From the NCBI GenBank assembly GCA_051362555.1, contig CM120640.1, positions 30,647,967 to 30,711,966 of the forward strand: 64,000 nucleotides of DNA, read 5' to 3'. The translations under genes were made by a program, and so were the position numbers. Every line of letters starts with the position of its first letter. Within the stretch, counting starts at the first letter, position 1. The DNA comes from Lingula anatina. Its lineage: Eukaryota; Animalia; Brachiopoda. This document shows, piece by piece, positions 11,801-24,939 of this stretch. The notes beneath the pieces were generated by a model, which was not told where the DNA came from, did no database searches, and worked only from the letters and a program-made list of their open reading frames with translations.

Positions 11801-13838
11801 TTCTACTATAATGGCCCGATCATGCTGATTTTCGAACTTGACCTGCGTTTTATGAATATTCATCAGCTCTGTAAATATAAAAGCAAAAAATAAAACTGTG
11901 TTCCACTTATCATGTTTACAAGGAAAGTGCACGGCATCGGCATCGGCATCACCATCGGCGACGACGGCGACGACAGACGCAGGTGATGGCAATATGTACA
12001 GACACATCTGTGTCTGTACATAATAATGCTTATAATAGCACAGTCAATCAACACTGAATTTTAATCATGCACAACAGGTAACATGGTCAATAACAGGAGC
12101 AGATCCAGAGATATTTTCTGACAGTATTCCAAATTATCTTTGTTGATCCATCCTCCATTTTTGATAGTCTTCCAACAGAAAAAAATAGATACCCGTCAAT
12201 GTAAACTTTAAAATCTGACCGTCATCTGGAAGACCCAGAAGATGGTCTCAATCCGCTGCAATAAGATTACAGTTTCAGGACAATGAGAGTTCAAATTCTT
12301 ATAATGAAAATCCCAATAAGTTTCTTTCCTGTAAGTGTGAGAGGAATAAGTGACATGGTTTTCCTTTAATGGTCACTATGGAAGCAGCTACGGCAATAGG
12401 GTTTTCTTCAATTTTGATGCAATATTACACAATGCTTAACAGCATATCATGACCATCAATAATAATAATAAAATAAAAGTATTATGGATATTCAGAAAAT
12501 GTGACTAGCAAAAGTCTTCAAGCCCATGGAAGTTCAAAGTCACATCTTGAAAATCCCAAAATGTAAACAAGAGATAACAAACATTCTGAGATTCTGAACT
12601 TGGTGAATGATTTAATCTGACAAACTGCAATGATATGAGTTTATTTCCATTTCTGACACTTTATTACACAATACACAATAACAGGTTTACTGCCATTTTT
12701 ATATAATCAATTAACAATATTGTTAAAAAGGAGAAAATGTCAAAAGAACACTTTTAACATATCTAATTAGTCCTATAATGAGATTGTTAACATGACTAAG
12801 AATTAAATCTGAAGAAAAACCACTTATATACAATAAAGGCATAACTTCATCAAAACTTAACTGATCGAACTTATTTTCAAACTTGATCTGTATATTATTC
12901 AGACTGATCACTGCTGTGAGTTGCGAGACAATGGGCTGATCAATTATCCTTGAAATGTGTTATCAGTGTTGCATATATGCTGAAAAAAAAAGCACAACTC
13001 TTGTAATGGTTTGATCAAGCTGATTTTCAAACTCTACCTGTATTTTAGTAAGACTGATCACTCCTGTAGGTTTCAAGACAATAGGCCTATCAGTTTTCCT
13101 TGAAATGTGTTATCAGTGTTGTACATATGCTGAAAAAAGCAAAAAAAAAACAATATAACTTATTAAACAATGGCCCGATCATGTCGATTTTCAAACTTGC
13201 CCTTCGTATTATCAATGTTAATCAGTTCTGTAAGTTTCAAGCCAAAAGGTAAAATGGTTCTCCACTTCTTGTCTTATCAGTGTTGCATGGATGCTGAAAA
13301 AAGTGAAAAATAACAGCATAACTATGGAAAAAATCATGCTGATTTTCAAACTTGACCTGCGTATTATCAATATTCATCAGTTCTGTAAATTTCAAGCCAA
13401 AAGGTAAAATGGTTTTCCACTTATATCGTGTAATCAGTGTTGCACATATGCTGAAAAAAGTAAAAGAACAATATAACTTATTAAATAACGGTCCTATCAT
13501 GGTGATTTTTCGAATTTAACTTACGTATTATAAATATTCATCGGTTTAAGTTTCAAGCCCAAAGGTAAAACGGTTTTCCACTTATTGTGTTATCGGTGTT
13601 GCATATAGGCTGAAAGAATGAAAAAACTTAGATAAAAATAGCCCCATCATGCTGATTTTCAAACTTGACCTGGGTATTATGAATATTCATCAGTTCTGTG
13701 AGTTTCAAGCTAAAAGGTAAAACAGTGTGCCACTTATCATGTTATCAGTGAAAGCGCATGGCAACGACGGTGACGGCAACAGCAACAGCAGACACAGGTG
13801 ACGGTTACATGTACAGACACACCTGTGTCTGTACATAA
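8864..13838 (-). mobile_element. Composite/multimeric HINE family B (~5 kb) with internal tandem repeats
   Basis: 3' end (minus) gtctgtacat-ttgacggctttgctgcc-ttgttt at 8864-8896; 5' subTIR hairpin tgtacagacac..gtgtctgtaca repeated at ~10562 (shortened), ~11995 and ~13810, each beside an (acggcg)-type microsatellite; internal ~0.43-1.06 kb duplications and ~150-160 bp tandem units (12850-13750). Confidence 0.65.
12115..12320 (-). mobile_element. CR1/L2-type LINE APE endonuclease fragment
   Basis: Degraded IR(S)LNSH..LIA..ET.. and YIDGYLFFSVGRLSKMEDG (cf. IxGYxFFxxxRxxxxGGG). Confidence 0.35.
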
Positions 13839-13940
13839 AAATCTGAAATAAGCTTATCACTTCCCTGTTTCCAATTTAAGTGTAGTCAATTGATATCAGA
13901 AGAGTGAGAATTAATAAAAACAAATATTTCAAAATTGCAA

Positions 13941-14197
13941 CTAGAAAAGCACTCCAAGAGCGCAGACCTCTGCCATGGCAGCAATTTTTGATTACTTTTG
14001 ATTGATTATTGATCCAGATCATCACCAATCTGTTCCTTGGCCCACCACACCACTAATCATCTGTTCCTTGGCCCACTTCTGACAGTTCCTGAAAATTTCA
14101 TCAAAATCAGTCCATAACTTTTTGAGTTATGTTGATGACAGACCGACAAACAGACAAACAAACAGGGGTGAAAAGATAACCTCCTTGGCGGAGGTAA
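13941..14197 (-). mobile_element. Short HINE family C (ttacctccgccaaggagg...ctag type)
   Basis: Minus strand starts ttacctccgccaaggaggttat + (tttg/tctg)n and ends tggcagaggtctgcgctcttggagtgcttttctag-tt; inserted into satellite at TT without a TSD; partial copy at ~16810-17010. Confidence 0.7.
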
Positions 14198-14242
14198 TAA
14201 ATTTCAAATAAAGCATCAAATGTGATGACTTGTGTTTGTTTG

Positions 14243-14614
14243 GTGTGTGTGTGTGTGTGTGTGTGTGTTTGTGTCAGGGCACCTTATACAGTATATATTG
14301 GTATCTGTAAATCTCATACTACGTGAGTGATCTTTTCTTATAATAAAGATGAGAATCCTAACACACACTAAAAGCCACCTTCAACTCTGCAAGGGGCACT
14401 GCCAAAACACACATCCTCAGAGGCCCAGCTCTGAATCATGTTATTTTGGTAAAGTGGAATTCAACTAGGGCATGAGCCGACCACCCCCAACACTGCAACC
14501 AGTCCACCCTCCCCCTTATCTGACAGGCAGTGCCACTACTATGCCTTGTCTACCACGATCAGAGGCGAGACACCTCTATCATACCAATCACGGAATGTCC
14601 TTTTCAGGCCACCG

Positions 14615-14647
<33 letters not shown>

Positions 14648-14865
14648 ATCTATAAATCTCATGCTACGTAGGCGAGACACCTACCTCCTCATCAAAGGCA
14701 ATCTTTTCTCATAATAAAGGCGAGAAGCCTAACACACTCTAAAAGTCGCCTTCAACTCTGCAAGGGGCACTGTCAAAACACACATCCTCAGAGGCCCAGC
14801 TCTGAATCGTGTTATTTTGGTAAAGTGGAATTCATCTACAGCATGAGCCGACCACCCCCAACACT
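14243..14865. repeat. (TG)n followed by a ~350-bp tandem duplication containing a (TA)n tract
   Basis: ~14300-14512 is repeated at ~14645-14865. Confidence 0.7.
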
Positions 14866-15933
14866 TAGGTCAAAGGTCAATTTCAAGTTCAGAGTAAGGT
14901 TGCCAGTATGTGACTTCCTATACAAGTTCAATAGTAAATATGGGCCTAATTCTGCCAGTTTTGGAGATGTAAGGGACTAAAATGGGTGTATCTTTGCTAA
15001 TTTTGGAATTACAGTAATGTGCCATAAAATTTGTACAGAAGAAATTAATTGAAATGACAAAAAGATTGTTTTGCTTGAAATTCATGAAATGGTGGGTGCT
15101 GAGAAATTCCAATTTTCAAATTTCATGGAATTCTGTCATTTTTGACCCCAAGTTGTCTGTCCCTCACTAAGCCTAATGTTATCTTTTCCTGACATTCAAA
15201 ATTTATGGCATATTACTGTATTTCATATTTTATTTTCACAACACGTTGCACTTTTTGAAACAGCACAACTCGTAAACCGTATTGAAAACAAAAAAATGGG
15301 CACCACTTTAAGTGTTGGGCTTGACATGCTTCACAAAATGCAAAAGAATAAGAGGTCTCTAGCATTTACGGTTCCTGAATTAGAGAGAATTTTTAGTTTT
15401 GGCATCTTATGGCGGCTACTCCCAAGAATATGCACTGATTGACCCCAAACTCAGGAGGATGAAAAATAACCTTAAGGTTAACACCTGCCCATAATATTAT
15501 AGGCAAGGTCTGTGTAGTTTCTGAAAATCAGTAGCAATAAAAATTTTTTTGCAAAAAATTCATTTTTTTAGAAAATTTTGGCCATATGACCTTGAAATAA
15601 ATGTCAAAGGTCAAATCCAAGGGCATATTTGAAATCTCCACATATGACTTTCGGTCAATCATCTGTAGAATTTTTTTCCATAATTCCTTTGGTTTGGATA
15701 ACTAGCATTTAATTTTGCAAATTTTGGACAAGGGTGCATTGCAGCACCGACAAAGCCCAAAATTTACGTGGATCGAGTTGAGATTAAATGTGACCTTAAT
15801 CCAAGAGATGGGTACGCAGGCTCTTGAAGTCTAGGAGGAAAAATGGTAATGGTGACTTGGCGGCAAAGCCAGCGAAATATGAGTGTCAGGACTAAAACTA
15901 TGTGTATCGCCAGCGCCTACGCTGGTGGTACAA
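14866..15933 (-). mobile_element. HINE family A, copy 3
   Basis: Homologous to 1-930; hairpin cgccagcg-ccta-cgctggtggtac; satellite resumes right after it; left boundary approximate. Confidence 0.55.
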
Positions 15934-16118
15934 TGAAAATCTGAGATAAGGTTATCACTTCACTGTTTCTAATTTAAGTGTAGTTAATTGGCAATTGATA
16001 TCAGAAAAGTGAGAAATCACAAAAACAAATATTTCAATATTGCAATAAATCATTTTATCTCAAATGAAACATCAAATGTGATGACTTGTGTTTGTTTGTG
16101 TAGGAAGTGGCAAATTAC

Positions 16119-16405
16119 CTATTATTGTCATCTGGAAAACAATATATATCCATTCAAGACCTCTCCTTACTACCAATACCTGGTGCAGATTCCTCCTTAC
16201 AGTGGGTTTCTGGAATCAGGCTGTTAGCACAAACCATTTGACAATGTCCTAAATCTTGCCACATATCAGGTATTGTACACATGGATGAGACAGAACTGCT
16301 CTTGATGCTGTTTTTCACTGCCTGTTTTTTCTATAGGCATTAGCCATGACCAGACAGGTAGAGTCAGTCCACCAAGAAGCCTCCATGCTGCAAGGAAAGG
16401 GTTAC
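16119..16405 (-). pseudogene. Longest copy of exon A (Ulp1-like N-terminal part)
   Basis: tttttccag acceptor, gtaat donor; reads GNPFLAAWRLLGGLTLPVWSWLMPIEK...ICTRYW**GEVLNGYI (cf. Ulp1 WLxDEVINxY); several stops. Confidence 0.4.
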
Positions 16406-17186
16406 CTGGAAAAAGGAGACAGGGTGAAGTAGTGAAGAGATGAACATTATTTTATAAAAGACAAAGCCCTGATAGGCAACCACATCAATGTTAGAAAAAA
16501 ATTAAACTATGGTGTACTGTCAAGCATTCAAAAGGGTATGGCAGAGACAAGTGGTGTGTTGAATGACCTGTCATAAGAAGTCACACTTGTGACTGCAGAG
16601 ATTGATACATTTATCTATTTGCAAAGTAAAAAGTGATAATAAAATATCTATTAATGTTTCATGTAAAATGTGCAAAAAAAAAATTAAACAACTGTTAAAC
16701 TGCGATAAGCTTTTCTGTTGACCATGTGTATTTGATGTGTAATTTTAGACAGTATATTCAAGAAAACTAAAAATTATATTGAAAATACAAACAAATTCCA
16801 TGGCTTAAAACTAGAAAAGCAGACCTTCACCAAGGCAGCAAAGTCTCCACCCAATGCCGTTTCACTCCTAAATTTTCATTCCATAATGATTTAGTTTTTT
16901 GATTTTTGATTATTGATTGATTAATGATCCGGATGACCACCAAAAACTATTCATCTGTTCCTTGGCCCACTTCTGACAGTTCCAGAAAATTTCATCAAAA
17001 CCGGTCCATGACAAATCTGGTCCAATTTACGTGAAATTTTATAAATGATGCTTTAGAACAATAAAAATCTGATATAAGCTTATCAGTTGCCTGCATCTAA
17101 TGAAAAGCATTTTTTGGACAATGTATTTGAGAAAACTGAAAATTACATTGAAATGACTGGCAAATGCCATGGCTTCTAATAGTTAA

Positions 17187-17523
17187 AGGGATAATAACTC
17201 TTCGTTTTGGCCAAAAAATAAATTTTCCTGGAGTAAACAACAATTTTCCCATACTAACCAATGGTTAATGAATCCATTTTTACATTCAAAGTTAGTCCCT
17301 GGTTTTTTTCTAAAAAGTTTGGTTTTTTGTTAAAATCTCTTAAGAGATTATAACAGAGTATAGCTATCAATGGAGGTCACGTGGTCTGAAGACAAGCTCA
17401 TATATCAGAATAATAGCTGTAACTGCCGTTTTTGTGGTAAAACAGAATATATTATATTTCTATGAGTTGTTCACAATGTTTTTATTGTGAAATATAGATA
17501 TCATATGAAGAGTTATTATCCCT
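17187..17523. mobile_element. Kolobok-like MITE
   Basis: TTAA on both sides, perfect 17-bp TIR agggataataactcttc; splits a satellite monomer; related degenerate copy ~29283-29741. Confidence 0.75.
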
Positions 17524-18019
17524 TTAAACGTTAATAATTTAGACAAATCTGGTCCAACGTTTGTGAAATTTGTATAAATGATGCTTAAGAACAATAAAAA
17601 TCTGAGATAAGCTAATGACTTCACTGTTTCTAATTTATTAAGTCTAGTTAATTGGCAATTGATATCAGAAGAGTGAGAATTAACAAAAACAAATATTTCA
17701 ATATTGCAATAAATCATTTCATCTCAAATGAAACATCAAATGTGATGACTTGTGTTTGTTTGTGTAGGAAGTGGCAAATTACCTATTACTGTCATCTGGA
17801 AAACAATATATACCCATTCAAGACTTCTCCTTACTACCAATACCAGATGCAGATTCCTCCTTACAGTGTGATCTGGAAACAGGCTGTTAACACACACCAT
17901 TTGACAATGTCCTGAATCTTGCCACAGGGATTCCTGGAAAAAGGAGACGGGGTGAATTAGTGAAGAGGCAAAGTTAAACATAATTTTTTAAAAGACAGAG
18001 GCCTGACAGGCACCAGCAG

Positions 18020-18560
18020 CAATGTAAGAAAACTACACAATAAAGCTGACAAATATACAGGCACCATACAGGAAACAAGGCAGTAAAGCTGACAAATGTT
18101 CAGAGGCAGAAAAGAGTGTACCAAATAATGTTTTGGCCAATTCTGATGCACTATCACATAATGCTTTAAAACAGCATAATCACTCCTACCCTCTTACATT
18201 ATGAACTACAGGTAACATGGACACTGAAAAAAACTAGCAAGTAATTTAGTTTCATCAGCAATAAAAGCCACTGAAAATGCTAATGTGTGAAAAATAAAAT
18301 ATTCAAAAAAAAAAAAAAAAAGGAAAAAAAAACAGAACAATTACCATAAATGTAAATTGATCATGCTGGTTTTTGAAAACATTCTTTGCCAAACAAACCT
18401 ACACAGTAAATTTAATGTTAAACACTTATGGGGCAAATGTCACCAAAAATGGACAAAAAAGGAACAGCATAATTACTGTAAATGATTTCTCATCGTGCCA
18501 ATTTCCCAAAGCAACCTGCCTCTTTACCAAACAAAGCCACTCAAAAAATATAATGTAAAA
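18020..18560 (-). mobile_element. HINE family D, truncated copy
   Basis: Homologous to 59335-59720 (aaagctgacaaatatacag...). Confidence 0.45.
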
Positions 18561-18579
18561 CAAAAGATTTTTTGACAGT

Positions 18580-19130
18580 AATAAAATTGTTTTCAACTGA
18601 CAATATATTCCAGAAAAATGAAAATTACATTGAAAATACTGGCAAATTCCATGGCTAGAAATAGTTCAAGGTTAATAATTTTGACAAATCTGCTGCAATG
18701 TTTTTGAAATTTGTAGAAATGATGCTTAAGAACAATAAAAATCTGAGATAAGCTTATCAGGTGACTGTGTGCAATGAAAGTGATTTTTCATACAATATAT
18801 ACAGAAAACTGAAAATTACATTGAAAACACTGGCAAATGCCATGGCTTAAATTAGTTAAAAGTTAATAACTTTGACAAATCTGGCCCCATAATTGTGAAA
18901 TTTGAAAAATGATGCTTAAGAACAATAAAAATTTGACATTAGCTGATCAGTTGACTGTGAGTAATGAAAGTAATTTTTCGGACAATATATTCCAGAAAAC
19001 TAAAAATAACATTGAAATGACTGGCAAAAAATAGTTAAACTTTTATTATTTTGTCAAATCTAGTCCAACTTACGTGAAATTTGTACAGCTTTAGCTTAAA
19101 AACTTTAATAATCTGAGATTAGCTTATCAG
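18580..19130. repeat. ~192-bp satellite, ~3 monomers
   Basis: Same unit as 61620-64000. Confidence 0.75.
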
Positions 19131-20111
19131 ATGGATCGATCTAAATCTGTGGGAACCCAGTCTAAGCCTTCAAATCCTATAGAACATTAAGGGAACACTT
19201 AATATTGTTTCTTAGTGCCCAAGAAATAAGCGAAATGCAAATTTATAACATACAAGCCAAACTTCCCTTTCCACTATTTTTCCTCTGTCATGATGAGAAA
19301 CATTTTACTTTTAAGTTCTAATCTCAAACAAGCTACTTCTATTCATCAATGTCAAAGCTTATGAATATGTAAACATTTGAGGTGGGATAGGCCAATAAAA
19401 TGATATATAAAACTCATAAATAAAGTAACTACCATGTGTTTAACAAAGAGCACCTGCTATTAATATTGAACTGTGGGCTAGCTGTGGTCCATATAGCGAC
19501 TAGGTTAGGTCACACAACTCTGCCTTCTGGGAACGTTTTGAAGTCAAAATGGCGACTAGCACAAATAATGATGTTCTGATATTTTAAGAATTTATATACA
19601 ATTTAAAACATTCTCAACGATAGGAAATGCTTATAGGTATGTGTAACAAACTCATAAATGATTGACCAAACTAACACTTTAATATAAAAGACAAGAAACT
19701 GACAGTCCACCTGCGTCAGTTCTGAAAATTATTAAACTATGGTGCACTGCCAAGTGTCCCACCTTATATGGCAGACATCTGTGTTTTGGTAATTTAAATG
19801 TGATTGCTGAGACAGGCACAATTCTTGATCTAAATAAAATGATCAGAACTCTGCCAAATCTGCTTGAATTTTTGTGAAATTTACACACAAATTGCCTAAC
19901 ACTTTTAAAAATCTGTAATATAATATGTCAGCTGCCTAATACTAGTTGACTTACATTTTGTGATGAGAAGTGAGAAAAAATAAAAAATTACTTATTAAAA
20001 TTCTAAATTATGACAAATAATATTCACACCCCGAGAAAATGAAACAAAAAAGGTGATAATTGGTGTTTGTTTCTCAACAATACAAGATCAACTGTTAATT
20101 TTGTGTACCAC

Positions 20112-21444
20112 CTGCAAGCAGTCCAGTTACTGTCATGGCATTGGGTCATCCAAGGGAAGTAATGACCACTGCTCCACTTTAGGTCCAATACATTTCATCC
20201 CAAACTGACCACATCAAGCTGGTCACTAGAGAGACATGTCACAATGTATAACTGTCAAACTGTGCGTGAACTAGAATAAAGATAAACGTTAATTAAATAA
20301 AACATTCAAAACAATCATCCACTGATGATCAGAAGCAAATGAATATCCAATATTTCAGCCCACCAAGTTACATGTCCTTCAGTCACTATATATAAATAAT
20401 AAAATGCACATGAAAGATATTTTAAGATAAGTATTCATTTTGTATAACAATGTTTTGTGCATATAAGATGAAATGGTTTAATCTAAACAATCTTTATTGT
20501 ATGAAAGGTGTGGACCAAAAAAATACTTGAGACTAAAAGTACAATGCACATTACAATTTAATTAAAATAAATGAAAAAAAAACAGTGGAATAAAAAGTAA
20601 TCCACGTTTTTCAAATCACAATAAAAACCACATGAGTCCAAAAACTGTGATAATTGGTGTTTGTTTTCTGTACAGAGGAAAAACAGAAAACCAATAACCT
20701 ATTCTTACATCTAACACAAAACCAGACGTTCATTTTATGTACTACCTGCAAAAAGTCCAGTTACCTGTTTACCATGGCTGTCATGTCTCTGGCTCTTCAC
20801 AACCCATTCATCCTGAAACTTGTTGTGTCTTCCACAACTGGGTGAGATGAAAGGATATTCCTGCAGCTGCCATTTCCTGTCTATTTCACACATCGGAGTT
20901 GTGGTGATTGAAATGTGATAAGTTAAAAATGACCTTGTCTTTTGGAGGCTACTGGACACCATTGTGACTGCTGAAACTATCACAATCTCAGACTGATCAC
21001 AATTAAATCAACAGAACTCTGTCAAATCTGCTTGGATTATTTGTGGAATTTGCAAACAAACTAACTAAACACAATAACTTTAGAAATCTGGGATAACTAT
21101 ACCAGGTGGCTGTGCCTTATTTTGTGAGGAGTAAGATGGGAGAAGTGCAAAAAAAATTATTAAATTTTAAAAAAACACAAAATATGATCACTGTTTTGTT
21201 GATCTATAGGGGAAGGATAAGAGACAAATTTTGTGTTACATAGCTTGTAAAACAAAACCAAGTGTTTATTTTGTGTATTACCTGCAATCAGTTCTGTTCC
21301 CATCTTGGAAATGGGTGACCTGAGGGAAGTCATGTCACTACTCCACTTTAGGTCCAATAAATTTCATCCCAAACTGACCACATCAAGCAGGCCACTACGG
21401 AGACACATGACACTGTACAACAACTGTCAAACTGTGTGTGTGAA
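20112..21444 (-). pseudogene. Cluster of degraded Ulp1-like exons (20270-20112, 20876-20746, 21444-21282)
   Basis: AG/GT-bounded; 20270 and 21444 are paralogous; ends converge on aactggact..tgcag (xWTLQ, cf. HWxL; degenerate in the 21282 copy); the 20876 exon reads KWQLQEYPFISP (cf. DYDLILIP). Confidence 0.35.
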
Positions 21445-21806
21445 CTAGAAAAAAAAAGATAAACATTCATTAAAAATATTAAACAGTGGCCAACAGTGAT
21501 TCACAGCTTTCTGTTTAGAATATGTAGTGTATTTTGCTTTATTATATTCATTAACTTGGAAAATGTAACATAAACACATTTAAATATTAATTATCAAGAA
21601 ACAATACACTTAACTTCACAGAGTTGGGAAAGCATGCTGCGATCCTGAATTGGCGGTTAAACAGAAACGACATGCAATCGACACTTTTGTCCAAGCTCTC
21701 CGTTTAAAATATACATTGTATTTTGCTTCATATTCATAAAGTTTGGAAAATGTAACATTAAACACAAAAAAATATATTATCAGGGAAGAGTACACTTAAC
21801 TTTACA

Positions 21807-22905
21807 TTGTACACATGGATAAAACATGGTGCTGCGTTTGGTGCTGTCTTTCACTGCCTGCTTTTTCATGGTAAGGGCACTCTGAAAAAAGAACAATATA
21901 ACTGAAAAAAATGATAATTACACTAAAAACACTGGTAAATTCCATGACTTAAAATAGTTAAATGTTAATAATTTTGACCAATCTTGTCCAATGTTTCTGA
22001 AATCTGTACAAATGATGCTTAACAACAATAAAAATCTGTGATAATCTTATCAGTTGTCTATGTCTTTTTTTAAGCATCAAATTTATTGGAAATTGATAAC
22101 GAGAAGAGTGAGAATTCACCAAAAGAAATATTTCAATATTGCAATGTATTATTTACTCTCAAAGAAAACAGCAAATGTGATGATTTGAGTTTGTTTGTGT
22201 AGGAGGTAGCAAAATACCTATAACTGTTAACTGGAAAACAATGTTTACCCATACAAGACTTCTTACTATCAATGCCAGATGCAGATTACTCCTTACAATG
22301 GGTTTCCGGAATGGGTTGCTGTTAGCACAATATTTGACAATGTCCTAAATCTTGCTACATATCATGTATTGTACACATGAATAAGATTTAGTGCTGCTCT
22401 TGGTGCTGTCTTTCACTGCCTGCTTTTTCATGGTAAGGGTACTCTAGAAAAAGAACAATATAACTGAAAAAAAAAACTGAAAATTACATTGAAAAGACTG
22501 GCGAATCCCATGACTTAAAATAGTTAAATGTTAATAATTTTGTCAAATCTATTCCAATATTTCTGAAATTTTTACAAATGATGCTAAACAACAATTAAAA
22601 TCTGTGATAAGCTGATCACTTGTCTGTGTCTATGAAAAGTATTTTCTTCGGATGATATATTTGAGAAAACTGAAAATTACACTGAAAACGCTGGCAAATT
22701 CCATGACTTAAAATAGTTAAACGTTAATAATTTTGACAAAATGTGTCCAATATTTCTGAAATTTGTTTAAATGATGCTTAACAACAACAAAAATCTGTGA
22801 TAAGCTGATCAGATGACTGTGTCTAATGAAAAGTATGTTCTTCGGATGATATATTTGAGAAAACTGAAAATTACACTGAAAACACTGGCAAATTCCATGT
22901 CTTAA
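21807..22905 (-). repeat. Exon-A + 192-bp satellite module
   Basis: Exon-A copy ~22217-22443 flanked by satellite monomers. Confidence 0.7.
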
Positions 22906-24938
22906 GAGGGAAATGTACCCAAATATTGCTAAAAATCATCACTTTGGGTTTTTTATGTCTAATTATTGGTTAAATGTGTATCTAACATTTAACTGAATAA
23001 CCTTTTTACATTTTGAACAGAAAATATGGTGGCTTGGTCTGTGCCCAGCCTTCGTTGCCAAGGGCCGTTGGCATGGGTAAACTCGGTGGGAGGACCTTAG
23101 CAGCATCAGTACGACTCGCCAAACAATAAAAAAGGAACGTGTCACACTCCCTTTTTCATAAACAGCGGTTGGCAAAGCATTGCCTATTGTTCCGCTTAAG
23201 CTGTTTTGATAGTTGCTCTTGATTGTGATCACCACTAAGGAGAATCTTTTCTGAGACATTGGATTTTCTCAAAATACACGTCTTTCCTTGAATTGTTTGT
23301 TGCTATACATGTATTTTTGATTTTCTTCTTAATATTTTGAGATACGATAAAAAGAGAAACATTCCACTGCTTGCTACCTGTGACAGCAACCGTCAAACTA
23401 TCGATCAATCTTCCACAGCAGCTCTATACAGTTGTCAGATTTTATAGATCTATGCAACTTGGGCCTAGAAACGAGGTGCATGTTTATCAAATCTTTAACT
23501 TGACAACTAATGATTACTTGGCTCTACGATGGTGATGATGGTGATAATTTGTGTTTTGGACTTTTTCTGAGCAAATCAATGTAAACATTTCGTCAAATAC
23601 TGACTGGAATCATATACAAGATTGCTTTGAAAAGACTTGAGCCCATATCCTAGCGTAACCTTTCATCGAGTGGCGTAAAATTTCAGTACATGTGCAAAAA
23701 AATACTAAGCAAACAGAGCTAATGATATGGCTAGACTCCTTTTTTTGCGCGAACAACAGTAGGCTGAGATCACGTGAGGGCTGTATTATTAATAACATTT
23801 TGATTTTTCAGAATTATTCATTTCAGCTATGAGATATGAGCTGGAGAATAAGCCCTAGCATTTTCAACCTAAATGCTGGTATACTGCGAGGTACAGTTCT
23901 AGATGCATGTATGCACTTTCAAGGCCGACATGGTTTTTTCTTCAATAATTATCCCAATTTCTGACAAACACAACATTACACATTTCCTCTAACAAGCCCT
24001 GCCTGCATGGTTGCATCTATTTCTTGTTGTTGATGGTCCGATCGGCGTCCTGTAACACGACCCTGTTTTTGAACCATTTTTTGCTCAGCTAATGTGGACA
24101 AGACCGCCTGCGATGATGCTATATTGTGTGCACATCCTAGAGCGCATCCCTAACACTTGCCCCAGCGTCAACTGATGTGGCCACTGATTGGTTGAGTAGT
24201 TAGAGCTTACTTGATTGCCTGTCAATCATTCTGGCAGTGCTAGTGGTAACCCCTTGAAGTTATTAACAGAAGGTGAGATTGATACAAAAATAAGATTTTC
24301 TGACATCCAAATGCATGTAAGCAAGCTAATTTCAACCGGCTATAGAGTACCTATCTTCGCGATCATCAGAACGATAGCAGGTAAAGCTGTCAACATTTTA
24401 ATTTGCTATTTTGGACAATTAACCTCCCTGAAGGGTTTTTGCTTTCAAGATTGACGAAATACATGTAGCGTTATCGGAGCAAGCTTTAACTGTCTACCTG
24501 TACACTTGAGGTAGATCAAATTCACCAAGCTTATAAAGAAAAGTATGCACTACAAGTACGTTTTAAAAATTTTTGATTGATCCTCTCTTTTCCAATTTAT
24601 TGACTTTGAAAGAGAAAATTCCTTAATATTTTGATGTAATTTCACATTTTTATAGATAAAATCATCAATAAGTCTCTAAAGAAAAATTCCTGACTCCCTT
24701 TTGTAGTACTTTGTTCAATTGTTATAACACCATTAAAAGCATATTTATAGCTGTCCAGGTGCCTGAGAAAATCAGGTGTTTAAAAATGGTGTTTTTGTCC
24801 CATGTCACATGATGAAGTTGGAGCTGTGTTTCAAGCATAATTAATAAGAGGTTTTGAAGATACATTAAATGAATGTGATAGGAATAAAAAAAACTAAGAC
24901 CTTTATTTTCAGAGAAAATCTCCAACCTACATTCCCCC
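22906..24938. mobile_element. Kolobok-like non-autonomous insertion (possibly two nested)
   Basis: Host ccatgtc-TTAA|...|TTAA-aatagtta duplicated; termini gagggaaatgta / tacattccccc; a second end-like motif catttcctct at ~23981-23990. Confidence 0.55.
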
Positions 24939-24939
24939 T

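Noticed and set aside
19545-19560. YY1-like aaaatggcg promoter motif
   Set aside because: A single short motif with no supporting gene structure
21282-21340. FPQVTHFQDGNRTDC read as a Ulp1 catalytic Cys motif
   Set aside because: Paralogous exon ends align better with the (H)WTLQ motif, and the frame has stops just upstream
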